This document shows, in pieces, positions 47,536 through 57,758 of a stretch of 64,000 nt of DNA. The position numbers and the translations under genes were made by a program. Within the stretch, counting starts at the first letter, position 1, and every line of letters begins with the position of its first letter. The DNA comes from Candidatus Moraniibacteriota bacterium. GTDB taxonomy: Bacteria; Patescibacteriota; Minisyncoccia; Moranbacterales; UBA2206. Location of the stretch: assembly GCA_049303905.1 (NCBI GenBank), contig JBAQNP010000011.1, forward strand, positions 2,020 to 66,019. The letters run 5' to 3'. The notes beneath the pieces were generated by a model. That model was not told the origin of the DNA and searched no databases. It was given only the letters and a program-made list of their open reading frames with translations.

Positions 47536-48897
47536 ATGAGTAATTTAAGAGAAGAAAAATTTGATACGGTGGTTATTGGCGGTGGGGCGTCTGGGATGAT
47601 GGCGGGGATTTTGGCGAGCGCTGACGGAGCGAAAGTAGCCATCCTGGAAAAAAACTCAGCACTGGGAAAGAAATTACTTTTGACTGGCAATGGGCGGTGC
47701 AACATCACCCAAGCTAATTTTTCCAATCGGGAGTTTGTGGAAAAAATTGGAAAAAATGGTAAGTTCCTTTTTTCGGGGTTGGCTATTTTTGGAACGCATG
47801 AGACCCAAGATTTTTTTGAAAAACTTGGACTCAAACTCAAAACCGAAAAAGATGGACGGGTTTTCCCCGAGAGCGACAAAGCCCAGGATGTGCTAGACGC
47901 TTTGAAAAAAAGTTTGAAAAAAAATGGGGTGGTAGTGAAACTCAATCAAAATGTTTTGGATTTTGAACTCAAAGATGGAAAAATAATCTGCGTCAAAACA
48001 ATTGAGCGAAAAATCTATGCCAAAAATTTCATTCTTGCTACGGGCGGAAAATCTTTTCCGACCACTGGTTCCACAGGAGACGGCTACATGTGGCTAGAAA
48101 AAATGGGGCACACTATCGTGCGCCCAATGCCGGCGCTGACGCCGATAAAAATAAAAGAGCGCTGGGTTAAGGAGTTGCCAGGAGTGAGCCTTCCAAATGT
48201 CGGGATAAAAATATTACAACAGGACAAAAAAATATTCGCAGTTACGGGAGAAATTCTTTTCACTCACTTTGGCCTTTCCGGACCAGCTATTATTAATGCC
48301 AGCAAATATGTCAGTCAAAATCTTTCCGCATGTGAAATTTTTTTGGAACTTGACCTCTTCCCTACTCTCACACTTTTCGCATTAGAAGAAAAACTGAAAA
48401 TAGATTTTGAAAATTATAAGAAGAAGGATTTGAAAAATTATCTGGCCGAATATTTTTCGCAAAAATTAGCTCTCATAATTTTAGAACTTTCTAAACTTGA
48501 AACTGATCGAAAAATTTATTCTCTCGGCAAAACTCATCGCAACAACTTAGCCAAACTTTTGAAAAACATTCGTCTGAGTGTCGATTCTCTTTTGGATTTT
48601 GAGTCCGCCATGATAACTTCCGGCGGAGTGAGTTTAAAAGAAGTGGAAAATAAAACTATGCGCTCCAAAATTATTTCTAATTTATATCTGGCCGGCGAAA
48701 TCTTGGATCTCGACGGCCCCACCGGTGGATACAACCTCCAAATCGCCTGGACGACTGGATATGTGGCCGGAAAATCCAGCGCCAGAGCCATTGACAAAAT
48801 CAAAAAAGAGGCGTATACTAGTCTACAAGTCCCAATAAGCCTGCAGTTAGAAGAATCGTCGAACTTTTTTGCAAAGCCTCTAGTGGAACAAATTTAA
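47536..48897 (+). CDS. HI0933-family (BaiN-like) NAD(P)/FAD-dependent oxidoreductase
   Basis: FDTVVIGGGASGMMAG dinucleotide-binding motif, GKKLLLTGNGRCNITQ. Confidence 0.8.
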   Translation: MSNLREEKFDTVVIGGGASGMMAGILASADGAKVAILEKNSALGKKLLLTGNGRCNITQANFSNREFVEKIGKNGKFLFSGLAIFGTHETQDFFEKLGLKLKTEKDGRVFPESDKAQDVLDALKKSLKKNGVVVKLNQNVLDFELKDGKIICVKTIERKIYAKNFILATGGKSFPTTGSTGDGYMWLEKMGHTIVRPMPALTPIKIKERWVKELPGVSLPNVGIKILQQDKKIFAVTGEILFTHFGLSGPAIINASKYVSQNLSACEIFLELDLFPTLTLFALEEKLKIDFENYKKKDLKNYLAEYFSQKLALIILELSKLETDRKIYSLGKTHRNNLAKLLKNIRLSVDSLLDFESAMITSGGVSLKEVENKTMRSKIISNLYLAGEILDLDGPTGGYNLQIAWTTGYVAGKSSARAIDKIKKEAYTSLQVPISLQLEESSNFFAKPLVEQI

Positions 48898-48918
48898 ATA
48901 ACCTATATCTCTATCACA

Positions 48919-49119
48919 ATGGAACAAGGAACAATCAAAAAATTGACTGATCGAGGATTCGGATTCATTTCCCGAGAAGGAAATGACAAGGATCTTTTCT
49001 TTCATTCAAAAGAACTTCAAGGTGTAACCTTTGAAGAACTGCGAGAAGGTGACAAGGTACAGTTCGAAGTAAGCGAAAGCCCAAAAGGACCATGCGCTGT
49101 CAACGTATCAAAGATCTAA
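48919..49119 (+). CDS. cspA: cold-shock protein (CspA family)
   Basis: GTIKKLTDRGFGFI RNP1-like motif; 66 aa. Confidence 0.9.
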   Translation: MEQGTIKKLTDRGFGFISREGNDKDLFFHSKELQGVTFEELREGDKVQFEVSESPKGPCAVNVSKI

Positions 49120-49142
49120 TACTTTTAATAGTATTTAAACTA

Positions 49143-49169
49143 AACCACCCTGCGAGGGGTGGTTTTTTT
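49143..49169 (+). terminator. Rho-independent terminator (CCACCC-TGCGAG-GGGTGG + T7)
   Basis: GC stem followed by TTTTTTT. Confidence 0.7.
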
Positions 49170-49192
49170 GTGGCTGTGATATAATTAGATTT

Positions 49193-50470
49193 ATGAAGAT
49201 ACAAGAGCGACAAAACTTGCGAGTAAAAAAATATAGCGCCCGAAGAAAACTTTTTGTGGGTTTGTTTTTTTTGCTCATTATTTTCGTGTTTTTTAAATGT
49301 TCCATCTGGCTAAAAAATGCTATTTTCACTAAAGAAAAACCGACAGAAAAAATTATTGAAAGAGTAGAAGAAATTTCTATACCTGAAACGAAAAAAAATA
49401 CTGACCGCGTAGTGGAATATACCATTTCAGAGGGCGACATTCCCGCTGAAGTTTTTTCCTCTCAAGGGAAGGTCAACGCTAACGATGTAGTGTCACTTCT
49501 CTCTTGCGCCAAAGATGTTTATGATTTTACCAACATTAAAATTGGCCAAAAATTGCGTTTCTATTTTGGAGAGGAAGAAAAAACTAAGCGCATTGAGTAT
49601 GACAAAAATAGTGAGGCAATGATTGTTGTGGAGCGAAAGGACGACAAGTTTAGTGCCTGCGAAGAAAAAATTTCCTACGAGATCTCCCAAAGTGTTGCGC
49701 GAGGAAAAATTGATAATTTTTTCTATGTTGATGCGTTGGAAGCAGGATTGCAAGAAGCCACTGTGCTGGAGGTGGGTGATATTTTTTCTTTTGACATTGA
49801 CTTTACCACTGAAATTCAGCGTGATGATGAGTTTGTGATTATTTATGAAAAACGTTTGCGTGACGGAAAAAGCGCCCCAGATGGAAAAATTTTAGGCGCA
49901 AAATTTGTTAACTCTGGTACAGCCTATTTTGCCTACTATTTCGACAATGGTGGCAAAGGTGGGTATTATGACAGTGACGGACGACTACTCGAGCGACAAT
50001 TCTTGAAAGCTCCCTTGAGTTATCGTCACATCTCTTCCGGTTTTACAGGAGCGCGCATGCATCCAATCACGCGAAAAGTTTCCGCCCACTATCAAATTGA
50101 CTATGCCGCGCCGACTGGCACGCCAGTTTCCGCTGCTGCGCATGGCACAGTAGTAAGCGCCGGATGGGAAGGTGGCTGGGGGAATATGATTCGACTTACT
50201 CATGACAATGGGTATACTACGCATTATGGGCATTTGAGTAAATTTGCCCAAGGCTTGCGTTCAGGCGAAAGAGTTAGTCGCGGACAAATTATTGGCTATG
50301 TCGGCTCGACCGGTTGGTCCACTGGACCGCATCTGGATTATGGAGTGAAACTCAATGGTGTTCCTGTTAATCCTCTGAAAATGGATCTGCCCAAGGGTGA
50401 ACCAATTACGGGAGAGCAAATTAAACTTTTTGAAGAAACTAAACATAATTTCGCGGATTTATTAAAATAA
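49193..50470 (+). CDS. M23 family metallopeptidase with N-terminal TM anchor
   Basis: HYGHLSKF ... GYVGSTGWSTGPHLDYGV (HxxxD / HxH LytM motifs). Confidence 0.8.
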   Translation: MKIQERQNLRVKKYSARRKLFVGLFFLLIIFVFFKCSIWLKNAIFTKEKPTEKIIERVEEISIPETKKNTDRVVEYTISEGDIPAEVFSSQGKVNANDVVSLLSCAKDVYDFTNIKIGQKLRFYFGEEEKTKRIEYDKNSEAMIVVERKDDKFSACEEKISYEISQSVARGKIDNFFYVDALEAGLQEATVLEVGDIFSFDIDFTTEIQRDDEFVIIYEKRLRDGKSAPDGKILGAKFVNSGTAYFAYYFDNGGKGGYYDSDGRLLERQFLKAPLSYRHISSGFTGARMHPITRKVSAHYQIDYAAPTGTPVSAAAHGTVVSAGWEGGWGNMIRLTHDNGYTTHYGHLSKFAQGLRSGERVSRGQIIGYVGSTGWSTGPHLDYGVKLNGVPVNPLKMDLPKGEPITGEQIKLFEETKHNFADLLK

Positions 50471-50474
50471 TTTT

Positions 50475-51431
50475 ATGCTAAAATTTTTTGCCGACTGGCT
50501 CACTTATTCAATTTTTAATATTACCCCAGAAACGCTTCTTACTGAAGCGGTCAATTTTTTCATTTATGACACAATTAAAATATTTTTACTATTAGTTGCA
50601 ATTATTTTCTTCGTATCTCTTTTGCGATCTTTCCTTCCGCCAGAAAAAATCAGAAAAATTCTTTCGCAAGAAAAAAAATATTTTGGCAATATCTTGGCGT
50701 CACTTTTTGGCATCATCACTCCCTTTTGCACTTGTTCAGCCATTCCATTATTTTTAGGTTTCTTAGAAGCCGGCGTACCGCTGGGCACTACCTTTTCTTT
50801 TTTAGTCGCTTCTCCAATGATCAATGAAGTGGCACTGGTAATGCTTCTAGGAATGTTTGGTTGGAAAATTGCCTTGCTTTATGTTGCAAGCGGACTCCTC
50901 ATTGCAATTTTTTCCGGAATTATTATCGGCCAATTAAAAGTAGAAAATTTATTGAAAAATTTTGGAGAGAGAAATATAGATACTGCTCAAAAAAAATTAT
51001 CCGAATTATCTTGGAAACAAAGAACGATTTATGCCAAAGATTATACATTAGGGATTATAAAAAATATTTGGCTTTATATAATTATCGGTGTTGGAATTGG
51101 AGCTATCATTCATGGCTATGTGCCTACAGATTTTCTCGCACAATATGCCGGCACTGATCAGTGGTACGCTGTGCCTTTGGCTGTGATTCTTGGCGTCCCA
51201 CTCTATTCCAATGTAGCTGGAATAATTCCTCTTGTAGGTGTACTCAGCGAAAAAGGCGTGAGTATCGGCACGAGTCTGGCTTTTATGATGGCTGTCACAG
51301 GATTGTCATTTCCTGAGTTTATGATTCTCAAAAAAGTAATGCGGGTAAAATTAATTTTGATTTTTGCCTCTGTCGTTGGCGCAGGGATAATTTTCACTGG
51401 CTATCTTTTTAATTTTATTTTAGCTAAATAA
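50475..51431 (+). CDS. COG0701-type permease
   Basis: Signature ITPFCTCSAIPL; 8-9 TM helices. Confidence 0.65.
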   Translation: MLKFFADWLTYSIFNITPETLLTEAVNFFIYDTIKIFLLLVAIIFFVSLLRSFLPPEKIRKILSQEKKYFGNILASLFGIITPFCTCSAIPLFLGFLEAGVPLGTTFSFLVASPMINEVALVMLLGMFGWKIALLYVASGLLIAIFSGIIIGQLKVENLLKNFGERNIDTAQKKLSELSWKQRTIYAKDYTLGIIKNIWLYIIIGVGIGAIIHGYVPTDFLAQYAGTDQWYAVPLAVILGVPLYSNVAGIIPLVGVLSEKGVSIGTSLAFMMAVTGLSFPEFMILKKVMRVKLILIFASVVGAGIIFTGYLFNFILAK

Positions 51432-51433
51432 AA

Positions 51434-52045
51434 ATGTTTGGCATTCCCAAAGAAAAATTGAAAATCTTAAAGTCACTGAATGATCCCAAGAAAATTCAAG
51501 CCTTTTTAAATTCAATGCCGATGAATTTTGAAAAAGACGGCGACACTTGTTTTTCACCGATGACAGTTCTGGACAAAAAAGTTTGTCATTGCATCGAAGG
51601 TGCTGTTCTGGCTGCTCTCGCACTTCGACTAAATGGTCGACCTCCCCTACTTTTAGATCTCATGGCCAGTAGAACTGATTTCGATCATGTCGTAGCGGTT
51701 TTCAAAAGATATGGCAAATGGGGCGCCATCTCCAAAACTAATCATGTCTTCCTTCGCTACCGTGAGCCGGTCTATTCTTCTATTCGCGAACTGACGATGA
51801 GTTATTTTCATGAATATTTTGACACCACCGGCCGCAAAAGTCTGCGCAGTTTTTCCGCTCCGATAAATTTGAAACGTTTTGACCATCTTGATTGGATGAC
51901 AACCGAAGAAGAAATTTTCTATATCCCCGAATATCTGGCCGACGTCAAGCATTCCCTAATCCTCACTCGCCAGCAAATAATGTATCTCCAAAAAGCCGAC
52001 CACATGGAAGCCAAGATTGGAAAAATGTTAGAGTGGGAGGAATAA
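51434..52045 (+). CDS. hypothetical protein
   Basis: 203 aa; conserved-looking CHCIEGAVLAAL; no confident family. Confidence 0.45.
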   Translation: MFGIPKEKLKILKSLNDPKKIQAFLNSMPMNFEKDGDTCFSPMTVLDKKVCHCIEGAVLAALALRLNGRPPLLLDLMASRTDFDHVVAVFKRYGKWGAISKTNHVFLRYREPVYSSIRELTMSYFHEYFDTTGRKSLRSFSAPINLKRFDHLDWMTTEEEIFYIPEYLADVKHSLILTRQQIMYLQKADHMEAKIGKMLEWEE

Positions 52046-52046
52046 A

Positions 52047-52075
52047 AAAATCAGCTTCAGTAGCTGATTTTTTAA
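52047..52075 (+). terminator. Rho-independent terminator (ATCAGCT-TCAGT-AGCTGAT + T6)
   Basis: Perfect 7-bp stem and T-run; also serves the convergent tRNA-Glu. Confidence 0.65.
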
Positions 52076-52079
52076 TTTG

Positions 52080-52154
52080 TACCGCGTATGGGATTTGAAC
52101 CCATGATTTCCAGGATGAAAACCTGGCGTCCTGACCGGGCTAGACGAACGCGGC
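52080..52154 (-). tRNA. tRNA-Glu (anticodon TTC)
   Basis: Minus-strand read GCCGCGT...CCAGG-TTTTCAT-CCTGG...ATGGG-TTCAAAT-CCCAT-ACGCGGT-A; full cloverleaf. Confidence 0.85.
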
Positions 52155-52240
52155 ATATAGTTCAATAAAAAATGCCTTAGCAGGGCACCTTTCAATGATA
52201 GAAAGATATTATCATATATTTAAAAATAAATCAACTATTT

Positions 52241-52909
52241 CTAATCTTCATCGCAACATCTCACAATTTGCGCGTGGAAAAGATTGTCATCGTCAAGATC
52301 GCGTGTTCCAACGGCGCGCAAAAATTTCCCTGTCTCATATTCATCCACACTTGTCGGCTGAGGTTTTTTGATAAAAATTCTGACTATTTTTCCATTCTCA
52401 TCTTCCACTAAAACCTCCTCTGGTGAAAAAGTTTTTACCCGACCAGAAATCGCACTCTCTCGAGGAATGTTTTTTCCCGACCAACCCTTGAGGTATTCCC
52501 CCACCCCCATGACGCCAAAAATAGTTCCTAAGATTAATGAGCCGGCAAAAAAATATACAGCGAAAGAATCTGTTCGTGTACAATTTCCGCAAAACAATTC
52601 TATTTGATTGGCAAAATAAATAGCCAAGATCACAAAAAATATAAACAGCGCGATGTAATCATAGGGCAAAGTTAGAAGAAAAATTTTGAGTCCCGGTGTG
52701 CCTAGACTCAAAAATTTCAAAACGCCGGTTTTTTTCAAGAAATAAAATAGGATGCTGATTAGGAGTGAGCCAAAAATTATCGCTCCCGCTAAAGCGCTTT
52801 CCAATCCCAATTTTTCCGCCATAAAAACCAAATGACTGCGCATTTTCACTTTTTTACTTTTTATTACTTGCATTACTTTTTCTTTGACGATATCTTTTTT
52901 TTCTTCCAT
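52241..52909 (-). CDS. membrane protein, possible anti-sigma factor for the upstream ECF sigma
   Basis: 222 aa, several TM helices. Lies downstream of the ECF sigma gene on the same strand (positional inference). Confidence 0.4.
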   Translation of the reverse strand: MEEKKDIVKEKVMQVIKSKKVKMRSHLVFMAEKLGLESALAGAIIFGSLLISILFYFLKKTGVLKFLSLGTPGLKIFLLTLPYDYIALFIFFVILAIYFANQIELFCGNCTRTDSFAVYFFAGSLILGTIFGVMGVGEYLKGWSGKNIPRESAISGRVKTFSPEEVLVEDENGKIVRIFIKKPQPTSVDEYETGKFLRAVGTRDLDDDNLFHAQIVRCCDED

Positions 52910-53013
52910 TTTATTAAAATTATTTACCCCACACCAATTAAATACAAACTTAATTATATTATTAAATATTTTTTACAAAATAAACCCAACCAATGCGCTG
53001 CTTTTAAAAAATT

Positions 53014-53622
53014 TTAATTAGTGTGGGGTGAATCAAACGGCAAATTTTTTCCTTTCAACTCTTGCGAAAGTTTTTGCTTGGCACGACTAATTAGCGTCCC
53101 TACCGTGTTCATTGGCTTTCCCAAAATTTCACTTATCTCCTCATATGATTTATCAGAAAAATAGCGTAGCACCAATACTTGTTTATATTTGAATGGCATT
53201 TTTTCAAGTGCCGTGTTGACCTCTTTGCCAATTTCTTTTCGAAGCCACGCCTTATCCGCCCCTTCCTCAAAACTCATCATCTCCAGTTTATCTTTGGTCG
53301 CGGCGATATCTTCCCAAGGGATAAATCTTTTAAGTGCTCTTCTTTTGATGAAATTGACCGCTTCATTGTGCGCAATGCGATAGATCCAAGAAGAAAATTT
53401 TCGCGTCGTGTCATAGCTTTGCAAATTTCGATAGGCTTTGAGAAAAACATCTTGCAAAATATCTTGGGCTTCATCCCGAGAACCAATCAAGCGAAAAAGA
53501 TAGGCAAATAATTTTCCTTGATATCTTTCAATTATCTCCCCATATCTTTCCTGATCCGAGTTTCGCACAATTTCTACCAACTCACTGTCAGTTAATTCAT
53601 TTTTTTGCTTATTTTCTGTCAT
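53014..53622 (-). CDS. ECF-type RNA polymerase sigma-70 family factor
   Basis: Region 2 (ILQDVFLKAYRNL...WIYRIAHN) and region 4 HTH (YEEISEILGKPMNTVGTLISRA). Confidence 0.8.
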   Translation of the reverse strand: MTENKQKNELTDSELVEIVRNSDQERYGEIIERYQGKLFAYLFRLIGSRDEAQDILQDVFLKAYRNLQSYDTTRKFSSWIYRIAHNEAVNFIKRRALKRFIPWEDIAATKDKLEMMSFEEGADKAWLRKEIGKEVNTALEKMPFKYKQVLVLRYFSDKSYEEISEILGKPMNTVGTLISRAKQKLSQELKGKNLPFDSPHTN

Positions 53623-53700
53623 TTATAATACTTGGATTTATTACTTTATATTTCGCAATAATAATGATACTATATAATCAGTAATTATACTAGCAATTTT

Positions 53701-54825
53701 ATGATCATTTTAAGCCTTGAAACATCTTGTGATGAAACCGCCTGCGCTATTTTGGAAGAAAAAAATAGTGCTTTTTCGGTTTTAGCCAACATTGTTTCTT
53801 CGCAAATAGCCCTTCATGCCACCTGGGGTGGAGTGGTACCAAACCTAGCTGCTAGAGAACATTTGAAAAATATTATGCCCGTTATTGACGAAGCACTGAA
53901 AAAAGCCCACCTAACTTCCAAAGATATTGATCTTATCGCCGTTACCAACGGCCCCGGACTTATCCCAGCCCTGCTTATCGGTGTCGAAACCGCCAAAACA
54001 TTGTCCTATCTTTGGAAAAAACCTCTAGTTGGAATTCATCATATTGAAGGGCACATCTACGCTAATTTTATTGAAAATAAAATTGGCGCAATTTCCAATT
54101 TCCAACCTGCCTCGCCGGCAGGCGGGTTTCCAATTTCCAAACAAGTTAAAAGCCAAAAGCTAAAAGCTAAAAGCTATTTTCCTATTCTTTGTTTGGTAGT
54201 TTCTGGCGGGCATACACAATTAGTTCTAATGAAAAAACATTTAGATTATGAAATTATTGGCGAAACCCAAGATGATGCCGTGGGAGAAGCCTTTGACAAG
54301 GTCGCGAGAATCTTGGGACTTGGTTACCCTGGTGGCCCCGCCATTGCCAAAGTCGCCCTAAAAGCTAGAAGCCCAAAGCTAAAAGCTAGTCTTCCAAGAC
54401 CAATGATTAAGAGTGATAATTTTAATTTTTCTTTTTCCGGACTCAAAACTGCCGTACTCTATAGTGTTAAAAAAAATCCTGATTACAAATTACAAATTGC
54501 AAATTACTGCTATGAATTCCAACAAGCTGTTTGCGATGTCTTGATTTCCAAAACTATGCGCGCGGCAAAAAAATATAACCCCAAAACTATTATGCTAGCC
54601 GGAGGTGTATCTGCCAATGCCGAACTGCGCAAACAACTTGGCGAAGCGATTGAAATAGATCTGCCCAATACTACTTACTGCATACCAGAAACTAAATACA
54701 GCATCGACAACGCCGCCATGATTGCTATTGCCGCCTCTTTCCGTTATAAGCTCAAAAAAGATACTCGCAAGTTGAAAAATAATTGGAAAAATTTGGAAAC
54801 GAACGCTAATTTAAAATTAAACTAA
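53701..54825 (+). CDS. tsaD: tRNA N6-adenosine threonylcarbamoyltransferase TsaD (Kae1/Gcp family)
   Basis: MIILSLETSCDETACAIL, HHIEGHIYANF metal-binding, GGVSANAELRKQL. Contains a ~25-aa low-complexity insertion (PASPAGGFPISKQVKSQKLKAKS). Confidence 0.85.
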   Translation: MIILSLETSCDETACAILEEKNSAFSVLANIVSSQIALHATWGGVVPNLAAREHLKNIMPVIDEALKKAHLTSKDIDLIAVTNGPGLIPALLIGVETAKTLSYLWKKPLVGIHHIEGHIYANFIENKIGAISNFQPASPAGGFPISKQVKSQKLKAKSYFPILCLVVSGGHTQLVLMKKHLDYEIIGETQDDAVGEAFDKVARILGLGYPGGPAIAKVALKARSPKLKASLPRPMIKSDNFNFSFSGLKTAVLYSVKKNPDYKLQIANYCYEFQQAVCDVLISKTMRAAKKYNPKTIMLAGGVSANAELRKQLGEAIEIDLPNTTYCIPETKYSIDNAAMIAIAASFRYKLKKDTRKLKNNWKNLETNANLKLN

Positions 54826-54826
54826 T

Positions 54827-55366
54827 ATGAACAAATTTCTAATTTTCTCTTTTGGAATAGCTGCCGCCTTTGGCGCTTTGATTTTCCAAACAATTTCAAC
54901 TATCATCTTTCCTGCCTTAGAAAATTCTGCCGTTTCGGAAAAAATTGGAATTTTCATGCTTTTGGCAATTTTTTCAGAAGAATTTATTAAGCTTGGTCTC
55001 TTATGGAAAATTTCAAAAAGCGCAAAAAATATTTTCTGGCATTCGATTATTTTAGGCAGTGGATTTGCCGTGGCAGAAATATTTCTAAATATTCTAAATA
55101 ATAATCCTCTTAACCCTGACTTATTACTCTCTTATTTTGGACTATTTCTGATTCATATTTTTACTTGTGCAATCTATGGACTCTACTTTACCAAAAAAGA
55201 GACTCTGGCAATTTGGAGTATTTTGATTGTCTTTTGTCTGGGATACTTATCTCATTTTCTTTTTAATTTTTTTGTTCTCATTTCGACCAATCCCCTGACG
55301 CTTAATGGCGGGTTAATTATTCTCATTTTTTTAGCTTTTTTACTAAGCAAGAATGGCCAAAAATAA
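54827..55366 (+). CDS. polytopic membrane protein, hypothetical
   Basis: 179 aa, 5-6 TM helices. Confidence 0.5.
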   Translation: MNKFLIFSFGIAAAFGALIFQTISTIIFPALENSAVSEKIGIFMLLAIFSEEFIKLGLLWKISKSAKNIFWHSIILGSGFAVAEIFLNILNNNPLNPDLLLSYFGLFLIHIFTCAIYGLYFTKKETLAIWSILIVFCLGYLSHFLFNFFVLISTNPLTLNGGLIILIFLAFLLSKNGQK

Positions 55367-55431
55367 CTTTTCTTGCCAAAATAGCAGAATTAAATTAGAA
55401 TTAAAGTAAGATAAATAAATAACAATATTAT

Positions 55432-55968
55432 ATGACCAAAGTAAAGAAATCTTTTTTTGAAAAATTAACCGGCTCTCGAACAATCGACAGTAGTGAAGGG
55501 GGATCTTTTGAGAGAGAACGCCCAATGAATATTTCCAACATTTATTCCGAAGATGTCGAAGCCGAAATGATTCTCAATTCCTCTCCGCGCATGATGGAAC
55601 GAGAAGAAACACACTCTTCCCCTGTTCAAGAAGACGGCGAAGGACAACTCACTATCGATGTTTACCAAACTGACAATGATGTAGTGATTCGTTCCACTAT
55701 CGCTGGCGTGAAACCAGAAGATTTGGATGTGAGCATCAACAATGATATGATCACCATCCGTGGTGAAAGAAGAAAAGACGAAGAAGTTTCCGAAGAAAAT
55801 TATTATTATCAAGAATGTTATTGGGGGAGTTTTTCCCGTTCTGTTATTTTGCCAGTAGATGTTTTGGCTGATAAGATAGAGGCTTCAATGAAAAACGGAA
55901 TTTTGACCATTCGCTTGCCAAAGGCTGACAATACTAAAACAAAAAAAATTCAAGTTAGAGGATTCTAG
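55432..55968 (+). CDS. Hsp20/alpha-crystallin family small heat-shock protein
   Basis: ACD pattern ...DVYQTDNDVVIRSTIAGVKPEDLDVSINNDMITIRGER ... NGILTIRLPK. Confidence 0.85.
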   Translation: MTKVKKSFFEKLTGSRTIDSSEGGSFERERPMNISNIYSEDVEAEMILNSSPRMMEREETHSSPVQEDGEGQLTIDVYQTDNDVVIRSTIAGVKPEDLDVSINNDMITIRGERRKDEEVSEENYYYQECYWGSFSRSVILPVDVLADKIEASMKNGILTIRLPKADNTKTKKIQVRGF

Positions 55969-56052
55969 AAGAAAAAAATGAAAACACAGAAATTAACAGA
56001 ATGACACAGAAAAATTCTGTGTTTTTCTTTCTATTTATGGTATATTAAAGCT

Positions 56053-57354
56053 ATGCAAACTCGAAATTACATTTTAATGGCTTCTTTTTTAACTCTGGTT
56101 TTTTGGCCAGGAAATATTTTCGCCCAAAATAATGATTTGAGCAAAGCCTTGCCAATAGATATTTTGAATAAAATTCCGAGTGATTTGAGTTTGACCATCA
56201 ACGAAAACTCCTACCCACTGGCTAAATCAGAAATTTCTACTTGGCTAAAAGAAAAAAATTATCTTTCGTGTGATGCCATTTATTTTTCCGAGATAGAAAA
56301 TATTGATCTATGTAAATATGAAAAATCCATCGAATGTCGACTCTCCTTTCCCTATGAAAAACAAAGACATGTTCGCAAAAATCATACTCTCAGTGTCAAT
56401 ATTATTTCAATTGAAAATTTCACTAAAGATCTGGCTAGGAAAGTTAACAAGGATCCGATTGATGCAAAATTTGAAATAACTGACGGCAAGGTTTCTGTTT
56501 TTTCTCTTTCTAGTCCTGGCATAGAACTCAATGAAAAAGAAAGTGTTAAAATTTTAGAAAATTATTTATTAGCCCAAAATTTTTCCAGCTCTCCAGAACT
56601 TCCGACTCAAAAAAAACAACCGGAAATTTCTTCTGACTCACAAAATAATTTAGGCATTACCAGTCTCATCGGAAGCGGAAAATCAAATTTTGTCGGTTCA
56701 CCAAAAAATAGGATCTTTAATATTAAGGTAGCCACTAACCGTTTCAATGGAATTCTTATTAAGCCCGACGAAGAATTTTCTTTTGTCAAAGTTTTGGGCG
56801 AAGTAGATGGTGAACATGGCTATTTGCCAGAGCTGGTTATCAAGCAAGATAAGACCGAACCAGAATTTGGGGGAGGAATTTGCCAAGTTTCTACTACTGC
56901 TTTTCGCGCTGCGATAAATTCTGGGCTAGAAATAACCGCCAGAAGAAATCATGCTTATCCGGTTAGTTACTATAACCCACAAGGCATGGATGCTACAGTT
57001 TATGTCCCCCGCCCTGATTTGCGCTTTATCAATAATACTCCAAAACATATTCTCATTGAAACAAAAATCGAAGGTACGGAATTATTTTTCAATTTTTATG
57101 GCACGGATGATGGCCGAAAAACAAATGTTATCGGACCAACAATCACAGAGAGAAAACCCGATGGTTCAATGAAAGCTACTTTCACCCAACAAGTTTTTGA
57201 CAAAGATGCCAAGCTAATTCGAGAAGATGTTTTCAATAGCGCTTATGATTCTCCTAGTAAATATCCGCACCCCGGCGCCGAAACTCTAACTGAAAAACCA
57301 AAGGATTGGTCTGATAATGAATGGAAAAAATATAAAAAAGAACATAAAATATAG
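56053..57354 (+). CDS. VanW-family protein
   Basis: VanW core GGGICQVSTTAFRAAINSGLEITARRNHAY; signal peptide. Confidence 0.7.
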   Translation: MQTRNYILMASFLTLVFWPGNIFAQNNDLSKALPIDILNKIPSDLSLTINENSYPLAKSEISTWLKEKNYLSCDAIYFSEIENIDLCKYEKSIECRLSFPYEKQRHVRKNHTLSVNIISIENFTKDLARKVNKDPIDAKFEITDGKVSVFSLSSPGIELNEKESVKILENYLLAQNFSSSPELPTQKKQPEISSDSQNNLGITSLIGSGKSNFVGSPKNRIFNIKVATNRFNGILIKPDEEFSFVKVLGEVDGEHGYLPELVIKQDKTEPEFGGGICQVSTTAFRAAINSGLEITARRNHAYPVSYYNPQGMDATVYVPRPDLRFINNTPKHILIETKIEGTELFFNFYGTDDGRKTNVIGPTITERKPDGSMKATFTQQVFDKDAKLIREDVFNSAYDSPSKYPHPGAETLTEKPKDWSDNEWKKYKKEHKI

Positions 57355-57502
57355 CAGTCTGTTAATCCCGCACTAACTTTTTTTGCTTTTCAAAATTTTT
57401 AGATTTTATTGTGCTAATAAAAATTTAGTGCGGGATTGACTAAGCTCTCCATTTGGGCTAGTATTTCATATGTTATAAAGAAAGAGGAGTGATAACAACG
57501 AC

Positions 57503-57575
57503 GCGCCCGTAGCTCAATGGATAGAGTACTTGGCTTCGAACCAAGGGGTTGTAGGTCCGATTCCTGCCGGGCGCA
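57503..57575 (+). tRNA. tRNA-Arg (anticodon TCG)
   Basis: Acceptor GCGCCCG/CGGGCGC, anticodon arm CTTGG-CTTCGAA-CCAAG. Confidence 0.65.
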
Positions 57576-57600
57576 CAAAATTTCAAGAAATAGCAACGAC

Positions 57601-57673
57601 GCGCCCATAGCTCAGTTGGTAGAGCAGATCCCTCTTAAGGATATGGTCCCAGGTTCGAGTCCCGGTGGGCGCA
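57601..57673 (+). tRNA. tRNA-Lys (anticodon CTT)
   Basis: Acceptor GCGCCCA/TGGGCGC, anticodon loop CTCTTAA. One mismatch each in the anticodon and T stems. Confidence 0.55.
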
Positions 57674-57758
57674 CAAAAAAATGTTGGTGAGTTGGTTTGT
57701 GAATAAAATCAGAAAGCCATCCCTTGCCAAATGAAATATTTTATTATATCATCAAGGC

